64,000 nt of DNA from Candidatus Aminicenantes bacterium (GCA_963773685.1 CAVZBY010000011.1:469532-533531); one strand, 5' to 3'. Positions 8,779-16,487 are shown, counted from the stretch's first letter. The notes: generated by a model from the letters alone, not told the origin. Numbers and translations are program-made.

Positions 8779-9322
8779 CCTAAAGCTCCGCGAGAGCCTC
8801 TACCGATGGCGTGTCCGGGCCGGGACGCCGGCGCTTATGGGTGTTTTCATCTTCGCCCGCCCCTCCTTGAAAAGTCTCGCAGCGGGGATGGCCCTGAGTC
8901 TTTTAGGGCTCGGCTTGAGGGCTTGGGCCGCGGGGCATCTCAGGAAGGAGAGGGAGCTCGCCGTCTCCGGGCCATACAGGTTCACCCGCAATCCCCTGTA
9001 CCTCGGCACCCTCATCATCGCGGCCGGCGCGGCCGTGGCGGCATGGTCGTGGTGGGCCGTCGCCCTTCTGGGCGCTTACTTCGTCGTTTTCTACCCCGTC
9101 ATCGTATGGGAGGAGAGGGACAGGATGAGGGCGCTTTTTCCGGAAGCTTACGGGCCTTACGAGAAGGCTGTGCCCCTCTTCATCCCGGTCCCCGGACGCA
9201 CAGGCAAAGGCAACGGCGGCCGCTTCGACGGCAGGCTCTTCCTGAAGAACAAAGAGCTCCGGGCCGTCCTCGGGACCGCGGCGTTCTGGGCCCTGATGGC
9301 GCTGAAGCTCCTTCGCCGATAG
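8771..9322 (+). CDS. isoprenylcysteine carboxyl / phospholipid methyltransferase-family membrane protein
   Basis: 183 aa and polytopic. The SGPYRFTRNPLYLG motif is typical of the ICMT/PEMT family. It overlaps the GT9 gene by 8 nt, so it belongs to the same operon. Confidence 0.6.
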   Translation: MSDLKLRESLYRWRVRAGTPALMGVFIFARPSLKSLAAGMALSLLGLGLRAWAAGHLRKERELAVSGPYRFTRNPLYLGTLIIAAGAAVAAWSWWAVALLGAYFVVFYPVIVWEERDRMRALFPEAYGPYEKAVPLFIPVPGRTGKGNGGRFDGRLFLKNKELRAVLGTAAFWALMALKLLRR

Positions 9323-9328
9323 CTTCCC

Positions 9329-9919
9329 ATGGCCACCGATAAGAGGCTCGCGAGGATCGAAGGGGTGTTGTCCCGTCGCCAGCCGGACCTCCGGGTCGTC
9401 CTCGAAGGAGTGACCATCGCCCACAACGCCAGCGCCGTCATCCGGACATGCGACGCGGCGGGCATCCTCTACCTCGACCTCATCGCGCCGAACCCCGAGC
9501 TTCTCCGGTTCAACGAGGCCATCACGACGCGGACGGAGAAGTGGCTCGAGATCGGGGTCCACGCATCGGCGAAGGAGTGCCTCTCCGGCCTCAAGGCGCG
9601 GGGATTCGCGATCGTCGCGACGCGGTTGGCGGAAGACGCGGTCCCCTATACCGAGATCGATTACGGCAGGCCGACGGCGCTCGTCTTCGGGAGCGAATCG
9701 AACGGCATTTCCGACGAAGCCCTGGCCTTCGCGGATCGCGTCATCCGCATCCCCATGGTGGGCATGGTCCAGAGCCTCAACCTCTCCGTTTCCGTCGCCG
9801 TCGTCCTTTACGAAGCCTTCCGGCAGAGACAGGCCATGGGCCGATTCGGGAAAACCGGGCTTTCCCCGGCCGAGTTCGAGGCGCTCAAGGAGAAGTGGCT
9901 CAAGAATTCGAAGCCCTAA
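9329..9919 (+). CDS. trmH: tRNA (guanosine-2'-O)-methyltransferase, SpoU/TrmH family
   Basis: 196 aa. RLARIEGVLSRRQPDLRVVLEGVTIAHNASAVIRTCDAAG plus ALVFGSESNGIS and IPMVGMVQSLNLSVS are the three SPOUT motifs. Confidence 0.8.
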   Translation: MATDKRLARIEGVLSRRQPDLRVVLEGVTIAHNASAVIRTCDAAGILYLDLIAPNPELLRFNEAITTRTEKWLEIGVHASAKECLSGLKARGFAIVATRLAEDAVPYTEIDYGRPTALVFGSESNGISDEALAFADRVIRIPMVGMVQSLNLSVSVAVVLYEAFRQRQAMGRFGKTGLSPAEFEALKEKWLKNSKP

Positions 9920-9924
9920 AAAAG

Positions 9925-9946
9925 GGTTCTTCTCCCAATTCCGGGA
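9925..9946 (+). repeat. copy 1 of a 22-nt repeat (GGTTCTTCTCCNNATTCCGGGR)
   Basis: The sequence is ggttcttctcccaattccggga, beginning six nt after the trmH stop and preceded by an A-run. It matches 10221-10242 (direct) and 10386-10407 (inverted) at 20-21 of 22 positions. Confidence 0.85.
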
Positions 9947-9958
9947 GATCGTAAGTTC

Positions 9959-10162
9959 CGTTTCTTTTTGTGCCTGAAGGAATTCCCGGCTCGGGGTGTG
10001 CCTTCCGTCGGCCGCGATTTGTCCCGGCGAGCCAAATTGCTTTCGCTTCGGGCTTCGCTCTCCCCGTCCTGTCGGTACGGGGAACCGTGCCCGCTCCGCC
10101 CTCAGACGACCTCCTCCAGGCATCACCCCTGCGCCATTGATCAGAAGGCACAAAAAGAAACG
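9959..10162. repeat. ~204-nt element closed by a 17-bp perfect inverted repeat (candidate structured RNA or MITE-like element A)
   Basis: The left arm cgtttctttttgtgcct (9959-9975) is the exact reverse complement of aggcacaaaaagaaacg (10146-10162). A second tier pairs ggggtgtgcc (10003-10012) with ggcatcacccc (10120-10130). The GC-rich interior has further local hairpins, for example CCCCGT..ACGGGG. Confidence 0.7.
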
Positions 10163-10220
10163 TGCTTATCCGGATATCCGTAGGGACGGGTCCCCGGAGA
10201 TGGCAGAAAAATTAAAAGAA

Positions 10221-10407
10221 GGTTCTTCTCCAGATTCCGGGGATCGTCGGCGGTGATGGATGCTGGCCCGAAGCCCCCCGTAGCGGAAGGGGGCCCGTCG
10301 GCTTTGCCGATGGGGGAACCGCCGGGACTGGTTCCCGGGGGTCGGGGGGAGAGGGTCAGCTCCATCACCGCGCCTACGCAACGAATCCCGGAATTTGGAG
10401 AAGAACC
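10221..10407. repeat. ~187-nt long imperfect hairpin whose arms are copies 2 and 3 of the 22-nt repeat (element B)
   Basis: 10221-10242 pairs with 10386-10407. An inner tier pairs gcggtgatgga (10250-10260) with tccatcaccgc (10361-10371). The interior contains GCCCCC..GGGGGC, TCGGC-ttt-GCCGA and CCGGGA..TCCCGG hairpins. Confidence 0.7.
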
Positions 10408-10448
10408 AAAAAAAAGCGGGGGACGGGAACCCACGGTCCCCGTCCCCC
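10408..10448 (-). terminator. rho-independent terminator of the htrA-like gene
   Basis: A perfect 10-bp stem pairs GGGGGACGGG (10418-10427) with CCCGTCCCCC (10439-10448) around an 11-nt loop. On the minus strand it is followed by U8 (A8 at 10408-10415 on plus), about 35 nt after the stop at 10483. Confidence 0.8.
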
Positions 10449-10482
10449 TTTCGAGAGATGGATACAGGAGCAGGTGACTTTG

Positions 10483-12147
10483 CTAGATCCTCCTCACCGC
10501 CCTGGTGAAGAACGATCTCATTTTTCCCGCGGCCGACCCGGCCTTGCCCGCCAGGACCGATAGCTCGCCGTCGAGCCGGCGCAGGCCCCGGTCCGCATTC
10601 CCGGCCATAGCCCGGCCCAGCTTATCGGTATAGGCCCTCGCCGATTCGCGATAGGCCAGAAGCCTATCCCCGGATTCGCCGGACGGGGCCCAGCCGAAGA
10701 TCCCGCCGCTCTCCTCTTCCTCGACCTCGACCTCGACGGTGAGGGGTTTCTTGTCCCGGAGAAGATCGAGCTTGATCCGGTCGCCCTTCTTCTTGTCCTG
10801 GACGGCTTCGCTCAGCTCGTTGACCGTCTCCACGCGCCGGCCCTCGGCCTTGACGATGACGTCCCCGACCTTGAGGCCGGCCTTTTCCGCCGGGCCCTTC
10901 GACGTCAGCCGGTTGACGAGAAGACCCGTCCCTTCCTTGACCCCGAAGAAGACGGACATCTCCTTGTTCAGCTCGTCCAGATAGACGCCGATGAACTTCC
11001 GCCGCTCCCACGAGAACTCCCTGCCTTTGGGAGGGAGGGGCGCCCGCGGCGCCTTCCCGCCCTTGGGCGGGGCGGCGAACGGTCCGGGCGCGTCGGGCGG
11101 GAAGAGCCTCGGGAACTTGAGCTCCATCTCGCGACGGGCCTCGTTCTCCGGGTATTCGCCCAGCTTGACCTTGACCTCCATCGGCTTGCCGTCCCGCTCG
11201 ATCCTCACAGCGACGTCCTCGCCGGGCTTCCGCTTGCGGATCTCGGAAGCCAATTTCGCCGTGGTCGCGATCTCCACGCCGTCGAGCGAGAGGACGATGT
11301 CCCCTTCCTTGAGCTTGGCCAGCTCGGCCGGGCTCTCGGCGTCGACGCCGATGATCTCTATCCTCTCATCATCGTTCTGCCCGATGGACAATCCGATCCA
11401 GCCCCTCTGGACCTTTCCCTTGTCCCGGATCTCCGTGGAGACCTTCTTGACGATGTCCATGGGGATGGCCGCGGCCATGCCCGAGGAAGGGGCCTCGGCC
11501 TGGCTGACGACGAAGCCGGAACCCACCTGTTCCTTGTCGCGGAACTCGAAGACGACGGGCCTGTCCTCGGTATAGATGCCGCGGAGCAGGCCCACCATCC
11601 GGCCGTTCTCGTCCACGACGGGCCCGCCGCTCGAGCCGGGGGTGACCCAGATGTTCAGCCTCAGCCTCTCCTCCGAGACGGAGCTGACGATGCCTTGGGT
11701 CACCGCGGGCGTCATCTCGGGGGAGACGCTGACGACCGAGATCCAGGCCCCGGGGACGACGTCCCCGGCCTCTCCCATGGCCAGAGGCGGAAGCCCCTTG
11801 TCCTTGGCCCGGACGAGGGCCAGATGGGTTTCGGGATCGAACCCGAGGAAGTCCGCCTCGATCTTCCGTCCCTCCCCGGTGGTGACGGTGATCTTCTCGT
11901 CGCGGGGCGAGATGAGGGCCGTGGTCAGGATGAGGCCGTCCCGGTCGATGACGACGCCGGTGGCGATCCTGCGGGTCCCGTTTCGGGCCTCGACCCGGAC
12001 GACGGACGGATAGACCTTCTTGGCAAGGGCGGCGATGTCTCTTTCCGGGGCGGGGCTTCCGGCGGCCTCCGCCCCCAGGTTCATCACCAGGGAAACGGCG
12101 GCGGCCATAACCAACCCGACGGGTTTCATTCTAAAGCTCATAACCAA
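10483..12147 (-). CDS. HtrA/DegP-family periplasmic serine protease with two PDZ domains
   Basis: 554 aa with a signal peptide. It has a trypsin-like core with TPGSSGGPVVDENGRMVGLL (catalytic Ser motif GxSGG) and two PDZ-like segments (GDIVLSLDGVEI.. and GDVIVKAEGRRVETVNEL). Confidence 0.85.
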   Translation of the reverse strand: MVMSFRMKPVGLVMAAAVSLVMNLGAEAAGSPAPERDIAALAKKVYPSVVRVEARNGTRRIATGVVIDRDGLILTTALISPRDEKITVTTGEGRKIEADFLGFDPETHLALVRAKDKGLPPLAMGEAGDVVPGAWISVVSVSPEMTPAVTQGIVSSVSEERLRLNIWVTPGSSGGPVVDENGRMVGLLRGIYTEDRPVVFEFRDKEQVGSGFVVSQAEAPSSGMAAAIPMDIVKKVSTEIRDKGKVQRGWIGLSIGQNDDERIEIIGVDAESPAELAKLKEGDIVLSLDGVEIATTAKLASEIRKRKPGEDVAVRIERDGKPMEVKVKLGEYPENEARREMELKFPRLFPPDAPGPFAAPPKGGKAPRAPLPPKGREFSWERRKFIGVYLDELNKEMSVFFGVKEGTGLLVNRLTSKGPAEKAGLKVGDVIVKAEGRRVETVNELSEAVQDKKKGDRIKLDLLRDKKPLTVEVEVEEEESGGIFGWAPSGESGDRLLAYRESARAYTDKLGRAMAGNADRGLRRLDGELSVLAGKAGSAAGKMRSFFTRAVRRI

Positions 12148-12155
12148 AAACCTCC

Positions 12156-12530
12156 TCAGTAGGTGATCTCCCGAGGCGAGACCTCGGAGACCTGCTCCAA
12201 TATATAGATCGTACGCGGCTCGGAGGACGCGTTGCGGTATTCGGCTGAATAGTCCAGGGTATCCATGACGGGAACGGCCTCGGAAAGCCTCCCCGAAGGC
12301 TGGAGCGCCGCGTCCGCCACCCTATCCCCCGACCGGTCGAGGACAAAGCCCCCCCCGATGACGACGGCGGCCAGCAGAACGGCGGACGCCCCGGCATAGG
12401 CGAAACGCCAGGCCCGCCGGGAGCTCCGCCGAAGGCCCTTCCGGAGGGCGAGCTCGGTCAGGACCCGCCGCTCGAAGCCGGGCGGGGCCGCGACCCTGTC
12501 CATCGATCCGAGGAAATTACGCTCTTCCAT
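12156..12530 (-). CDS. putative single-pass anti-sigma factor / membrane protein
   Basis: 124 aa with one TM segment (YAGASAVLLAAVVIGGGFVL). It overlaps the stop of the upstream ECF sigma gene by 14 nt. The call rests on position; no zinc-finger motif is present. Confidence 0.5.
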   Translation of the reverse strand: MEERNFLGSMDRVAAPPGFERRVLTELALRKGLRRSSRRAWRFAYAGASAVLLAAVVIGGGFVLDRSGDRVADAALQPSGRLSEAVPVMDTLDYSAEYRNASSEPRTIYILEQVSEVSPREITY

Positions 12531-13101
12531 GTTGTCTCACCTCTTTCTCCGCGGGAACGGGCTCCCCGCCGCGGGCGCTTTCGAGCATCCGCCTCAGATA
12601 TTCCCGACCCCGGCTGATCCTGGCCTTGACGGTCCCTACGGGCCGCTTGATGATGCGAGCGATCTCCTCCTGGGAAAAGCCCTCCATGTCCTTGAGGACG
12701 ACGGGGATCCGGTATCTCGGATGCAGGGCTTCGAGGGCGTCCCGGAGATTCCGGACAAGCCCCGGGTCCGGAGGGTCCTGGGTATACGTCCCGGCATCGT
12801 AGCTGTTCGGGAGCTCGTCGAGCGGCACGGTGGCCGTCCTCCGGCGCTTCCGGGCGTCCGTCTTGGCCAGGTTGGAGGCGATGGCGTAGATCCAGGAGGA
12901 CAGCGGGGCGATGGGCCGGTACTTGTCGGCCTTGAAATAGACCCGGAGGAAGGTCTCCTGGGAGAGGTCGACCGCCCTCTGGTAATCGCGCGTGAATTGG
13001 TACAGGTAATTCACGATCCTGTCCTTGTAGATCTCCATGATCCTGGCAAACGCCTCCTCGTCACCTTCCCGCACTCGCAGGATCAGCTCTTGTTCATCCA
13101 T
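12517..13101 (-). CDS. ECF (group 4) RNA polymerase sigma factor
   Basis: 194 aa. Region 2 reads DLSQETFLRVYFKADKYRPIAPLSSWIYAIASNLAKTDARKRRR. Region 4 reads LKDMEGFSQEEIARIIKRPVGTVKARISRGREYLR. Confidence 0.85.
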   Translation of the reverse strand: MDEQELILRVREGDEEAFARIMEIYKDRIVNYLYQFTRDYQRAVDLSQETFLRVYFKADKYRPIAPLSSWIYAIASNLAKTDARKRRRTATVPLDELPNSYDAGTYTQDPPDPGLVRNLRDALEALHPRYRIPVVLKDMEGFSQEEIARIIKRPVGTVKARISRGREYLRRMLESARGGEPVPAEKEVRQHGRA

Positions 13102-13203
13102 TCTCGTTCCCTTAAACTCCAGGCCATGGGGAATCGTTGCAGGCCCCAGGGAGCCCCTGCCAATGAATTCTAGGCCGTTTGGCCTCCCCTGGCAAACCCC
13201 TCT

Positions 13204-13277
13204 GAGGGGTCAGGTCTCAACTTTTCAACGTACCCCCGGTCGGGCGGGAAAGTTGAAAAGTTGAGACCTGACCCCTC
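13204..13277. repeat. 26-bp perfect inverted repeat with 22-nt spacer in the divergent sigma-sigma intergenic region
   Basis: gaggggtcaggtctcaacttttcaac (13204-13229) is the exact reverse complement of gttgaaaagttgagacctgacccctc (13252-13277). No U-tract follows on either strand. Confidence 0.9.
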
Positions 13278-13302
13278 CCTAGGTTAGAATGGGGCACGTA
13301 AA

Positions 13303-13328
13303 GGAACTTTTTCCCAGGCATATCCGTC
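13303..13328 (+). promoter_or_regulatory. candidate ECF-type autoregulated promoter (GGAAC-N17-CGTC)
   Basis: GGAACTT at 13303, a 17-nt spacer, and CGTC at 13325-13328, about 17 nt before the sigma gene start codon (13345). The pattern matches the general ECF -35 GGAAC / -10 CGT consensus. Confidence 0.35.
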
Positions 13329-13344
13329 AACCAAGGTGAATTGA

Positions 13345-13899
13345 GTGGATTTGAACACGGTCATACGGGAATGCTTGAAAGGCGACAGGAGCGCCTGGGA
13401 AATGTTGGTTAACGCCTACTCGAAGAAGGTCTTCAACCTGGCCTACCAGTTCTCGGGGAGCCGGCAGGAAGCCGAGGACATGACCCAGGATATCTTCCTC
13501 AAGCTGTACGGGTCCCTGAAAAAGTACGATTTCGAGCGGAATTTCACCGCCTGGCTCCTGACCCTGGCCAAGAACCACCTCATCGACGAGTACCGGCGGA
13601 CGCGGCTGGAACGGACCCAGAGGGACGACCTCGACGAGAGAACGATGACCCAGGCGGCGTTCGACAGCCCCGAGAAGAGCCTGGCCCGCGAAGAGGACCG
13701 CAAGACCGTTTGGAAGGCCCTCGACGGCCTGTCCCCGGAGATCCGGGCCACGGTCATCCTGCGGGACATCCAGGGCCTGACCTACGAGGAGATCGCCGAC
13801 AATCTGGGCCTTCCCCTGGGCACGATAAAATCCAGGGTGAACCGGGGCCGGCTCCAGCTGGCCGAGATCCTGAGACCGGGCGTGGGAGGTAGAGCATGA
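13345..13899 (+). CDS. ECF (group 4) RNA polymerase sigma factor
   Basis: 184 aa with a non-ATG (GTG) start. Region 2 reads AEDMTQDIFLKLYGSLKKYDFERNFTAWLLTLAKNHLIDEYRR. Region 4 reads LRDIQGLTYEEIADNLGLPLGTIKSRVNRGRLQL. Confidence 0.85.
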   Translation: MDLNTVIRECLKGDRSAWEMLVNAYSKKVFNLAYQFSGSRQEAEDMTQDIFLKLYGSLKKYDFERNFTAWLLTLAKNHLIDEYRRTRLERTQRDDLDERTMTQAAFDSPEKSLAREEDRKTVWKALDGLSPEIRATVILRDIQGLTYEEIADNLGLPLGTIKSRVNRGRLQLAEILRPGVGGRA

Positions 13900-14399
13900 A
13901 CGGGACGCACGCGGAAGAGCTGCTTTCGGACTATATCGAGGGCGAGCTCGACGGCCCGCGGAAGGCCGAGGTCGAGGCTCACCTCGCCGGTTGTCCGGAG
14001 TGCGCTTCCCTGTTCGAGGCCATGAGGGACACCCGGGACGCTCTGGCCTCCCTGCCGGAGATCGAGCCCTCTTCCGAGCTGCTCCGCCGGCTCTATGCCA
14101 TCCCGGAGCGCAAGAGGAAGTTCGGCCTGGTCCGGGATTTCCTGCTCCGCCCCTCGCTCCAGCCGGTCTTCGCCGGGGCGACCGGCCTCTTGGTCCTGAT
14201 CTCGTTCCTGGCCTTCACCCCGGCCGGCCACACCGTCCAGAAGGGTTTCAACCGGCAGATCCACGCCGGTTACGGCCGGATCGAGCGGCTCTACGTCAAG
14301 GCGGGCGCCATCCCGGACCGGATCGGCGCCGGCAGGGAAAACCTCCTCGGCTCCCTCAGGAGCGTCGACATCCTGGGCGGGGACGGGGAACAGGAATAA
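13896..14399 (+). CDS. zinc-finger (zf-HC2 type) anti-sigma factor, membrane anchored
   Basis: 167 aa with a 4-nt overlap with the sigma gene. The N-terminal H-x3-C-x2-C motif (EAHLAGCPECASLFEAM) is followed by a TM segment (FAGATGLLVLISFLAF). Confidence 0.75.
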   Translation: MNGTHAEELLSDYIEGELDGPRKAEVEAHLAGCPECASLFEAMRDTRDALASLPEIEPSSELLRRLYAIPERKRKFGLVRDFLLRPSLQPVFAGATGLLVLISFLAFTPAGHTVQKGFNRQIHAGYGRIERLYVKAGAIPDRIGAGRENLLGSLRSVDILGGDGEQE

Positions 14400-14426
14400 A
14401 GATACTCAACCATATGGAGGAATGAC

Positions 14427-14924
14427 ATGGAAGAAAAGATCATCATCCAGAAGAGACCGCCGAAGTCTCCGGCTCTGGCGGGCATCCTGGCCGGCTTCTT
14501 CCCGTTCGGGATCGGAGCCATGTACAACGGCTTGTATGTCAAGGGGATCGTTTACCTCTTCATGCTCGCCGGCCTGGTGACTATCCAGGGACACGGCCAC
14601 GGCCAGCCGTTCTTCGGCATCATCCTGGGGGGATTCTACTTTTATCAGATCATCGAGTCCGTCCAGACGGCGTCGGCCATCAACCGGCGTGCCCTGACCG
14701 GCGGCGATGAAGAGACGGCGGCGATCGAGGACCAGATCCTCGAACCCGCCAAAGCCGGGTCCATTTTCTGGGGGACCGTCCTCGTCGCCCTCGGCGCCCT
14801 CCTGCTCCTGGCCAATTTCGACGTCATCGATTACGACACGCTGTTCGACTTCTGGCCGCTCGCCGTCATCGGGCTCGGCATCAAGCTGGTCTTCGACCAC
14901 TTCGCCCGGACGAAGAAGGCCTGA
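14427..14924 (+). CDS. polytopic membrane protein with C-terminal LiaF/LiaI-like (DUF5668-type) TM pair
   Basis: 165 aa. The N-terminal TM pair is ALAGILAGFFPFGIGAMYNGLYVKG. The C-terminal part is IFWGTVLVALGALLLLANFDV..FWPLAVIGLGIKLVF. Confidence 0.6.
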   Translation: MEEKIIIQKRPPKSPALAGILAGFFPFGIGAMYNGLYVKGIVYLFMLAGLVTIQGHGHGQPFFGIILGGFYFYQIIESVQTASAINRRALTGGDEETAAIEDQILEPAKAGSIFWGTVLVALGALLLLANFDVIDYDTLFDFWPLAVIGLGIKLVFDHFARTKKA

Positions 14925-14938
14925 CTCAGGAGGATACC

Positions 14939-15154
14939 ATGACACGACAAGCGCGCAGAGATACGCTGGTTTGGGGGTTCATCCTCATCGCCATCGGCTT
15001 CGTGTTCCTGCTCGACACGCTGAACGTCGAGATCTGGGACTCCGTGGCCCGGCTCTGGCCGCTCATCCTCATCGTCTGGGGCGGCTGGAAGCTCTACTTC
15101 GGCATCAAGGAAAAGAACGAGGCCGCGAAGACCCGGAAATCCGACGAGGTCTAG
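14939..15154 (+). CDS. small LiaF/LiaI-like (DUF5668-type) two-TM protein
   Basis: 71 aa: LVWGFILIAIGFVFLLDTLNVEIWDSVARLWPLILIVWGGWKLYF. It has the same architecture as the C-terminus of the preceding gene. Confidence 0.55.
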   Translation: MTRQARRDTLVWGFILIAIGFVFLLDTLNVEIWDSVARLWPLILIVWGGWKLYFGIKEKNEAAKTRKSDEV

Positions 15155-15158
15155 GGAC

Positions 15159-16487
15159 ATGAAGGCCAGAGAGGTCCTCCTCCTCATCCTCATCGTGATC
15201 GTCGGGGTCCTGCTCTATCAGGCGAACACAGGCGGGCTCAAGCTCGACTGGGACTGGGACGGCCCCATCGGGAGCCGGACGTTCGACTTCGAGGAATCCC
15301 TGACCCTCGAGGCCCCGGTCCCCGCCCTGATCGAGGTCCGCAACGCCCACGGCGAGGTCGAGGTCCGGGGCGCTGATCAGGGAACGGTTTCGATGATGTT
15401 CCTGAAGAAGATCCGGAGGAGGAATGAGGCCGAGGCTCGGAACGTCGCCGACGCCCTGAAGCCGGTCATCACGCGGGAGGCCGGCGTGCTGAAGATCGCG
15501 ACGAACAGGGATACGTTCCCCAAGAAGGGCTTCGAAACGAGCTTCCGGCTCGTCGTGCCCGCGGGGACGAACGTGGTCGTCTTCAATTCTTACGGGACGG
15601 TCACGGCATCGGGCCTCCGGAAGGCCGCGATCGACGCCCGGCACGGGCGGGTGGACGCTTCGGACATCGCGGAGGACCTCTCCATCAAGAACAGCTACGA
15701 GGACGTCGCGGTGGCCCGCATCGGGACGTCCTGCCGGATCTCGGCCCGTCACGCGGACGTCCGCGTCCGGCAGACGGGGGGCGAGGTCCGCATCGATCAC
15801 GCATATGGAACGGTCGAATTGAGCGACGCCGCGGCGGGCGCGACGATCGCCGGCGAGCATAGCGAAGTCTCTCTTCTGAGAGTGAAAGGCCCCGTGGACG
15901 TCCGGACGACCTACGAACGCGTTTCTCTGGTGGACGTCGGGCCGGCCACGGTCGTGGGCCATCATTCGGCCGTCGAGGCGGACGGGGTCGCCGGGGCTTT
16001 GAAGATCGCGACGACCTACGCCAAGGTCCGCGCGAACAACATCAAGGGGGATCTTGACGTTGAGGGCAGGAGCGTCGGCGTCCTCGGACGCTCCGTCGCG
16101 GCCGATACCATCCGGATCGCGACCTCCTACGAGGACCTCGACCTCGCCGACTTCACGGGACGGGCGGACATTGGCCTCTCCCACGCGAACGCCGTCCTGG
16201 CCCCGACGGCCGTCTCCTCGGCCATCGAAGTGAAGAACAGCTACGGGACGATTCGAATCGTCTGGCCGAAAGGAACGCGGGTCCCGTTGGAAGCCCGCTC
16301 CAAGGGCGGGGAGGTCAAATGGGGCCTGGCCGAGCGCCCCGACCTCGAGACATCGAACGGCGAAGCTCTCGTCAAGGCGTTCGTCGGCGCGGCCGAGGGC
16401 CTTTCGGTAACGCTCTCGACGAGCTACGGAGACATCGTCGTAGAGGAACCCGGACCGCCTGCCGCGGAAAAGGCCCCGGGCCGCTAA
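15159..16487 (+). CDS. DUF4097-like repetitive beta-helix protein (putative adhesin / stress-module component), N-terminally anchored
   Basis: 442 aa with one N-terminal TM segment. It has many degenerate units of the type xxG(E/D)V(E/R)V..(S/T)Y(G/E)xV (AHGEVEVRG, RHADVRVRQTGGEVRIDHAYGTVELSD, TTYERVSLVDV, SYEDLDLADF and others). Confidence 0.65.
   Translation: MKAREVLLLILIVIVGVLLYQANTGGLKLDWDWDGPIGSRTFDFEESLTLEAPVPALIEVRNAHGEVEVRGADQGTVSMMFLKKIRRRNEAEARNVADALKPVITREAGVLKIATNRDTFPKKGFETSFRLVVPAGTNVVVFNSYGTVTASGLRKAAIDARHGRVDASDIAEDLSIKNSYEDVAVARIGTSCRISARHADVRVRQTGGEVRIDHAYGTVELSDAAAGATIAGEHSEVSLLRVKGPVDVRTTYERVSLVDVGPATVVGHHSAVEADGVAGALKIATTYAKVRANNIKGDLDVEGRSVGVLGRSVAADTIRIATSYEDLDLADFTGRADIGLSHANAVLAPTAVSSAIEVKNSYGTIRIVWPKGTRVPLEARSKGGEVKWGLAERPDLETSNGEALVKAFVGAAEGLSVTLSTSYGDIVVEEPGPPAAEKAPGR

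Noticed and set aside
9959-10162. Assigning element A specifically as a 6S RNA (ssrS). I also checked for SRP RNA, tmRNA and RNase P RNA.
   Set aside because: Only the size (~204 nt) and end-pairing fit 6S. I found no RNase P (GAGGAAAGUCCGGGC-type), SRP (GGAAGCAGCC-type) or tmRNA (tRNA-like ACCA end) signatures. 6S has too little primary-sequence conservation to call by eye, so I left it as an unclassified candidate.
9925-10407. A CRISPR array suggested by the thrice-repeated 22-mer.
   Set aside because: There are only three copies, one of them inverted, with irregular spacing (about 275 and 143 nt). No cas genes are present in the window.
9968-10434. Small ORFs (71-97 aa) crossing the structured trmH-htrA gap, several of which read G-S-S-P-N/D-S-G over the 22-nt repeat.
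   Set aside because: They have no RBS or start logic and overlap on both strands, with Arg/Pro/Gly-rich junk composition. The shared peptide simply reflects a DNA-level repeat, one copy of which is inverted. I kept the repeats as a nucleic-acid feature.
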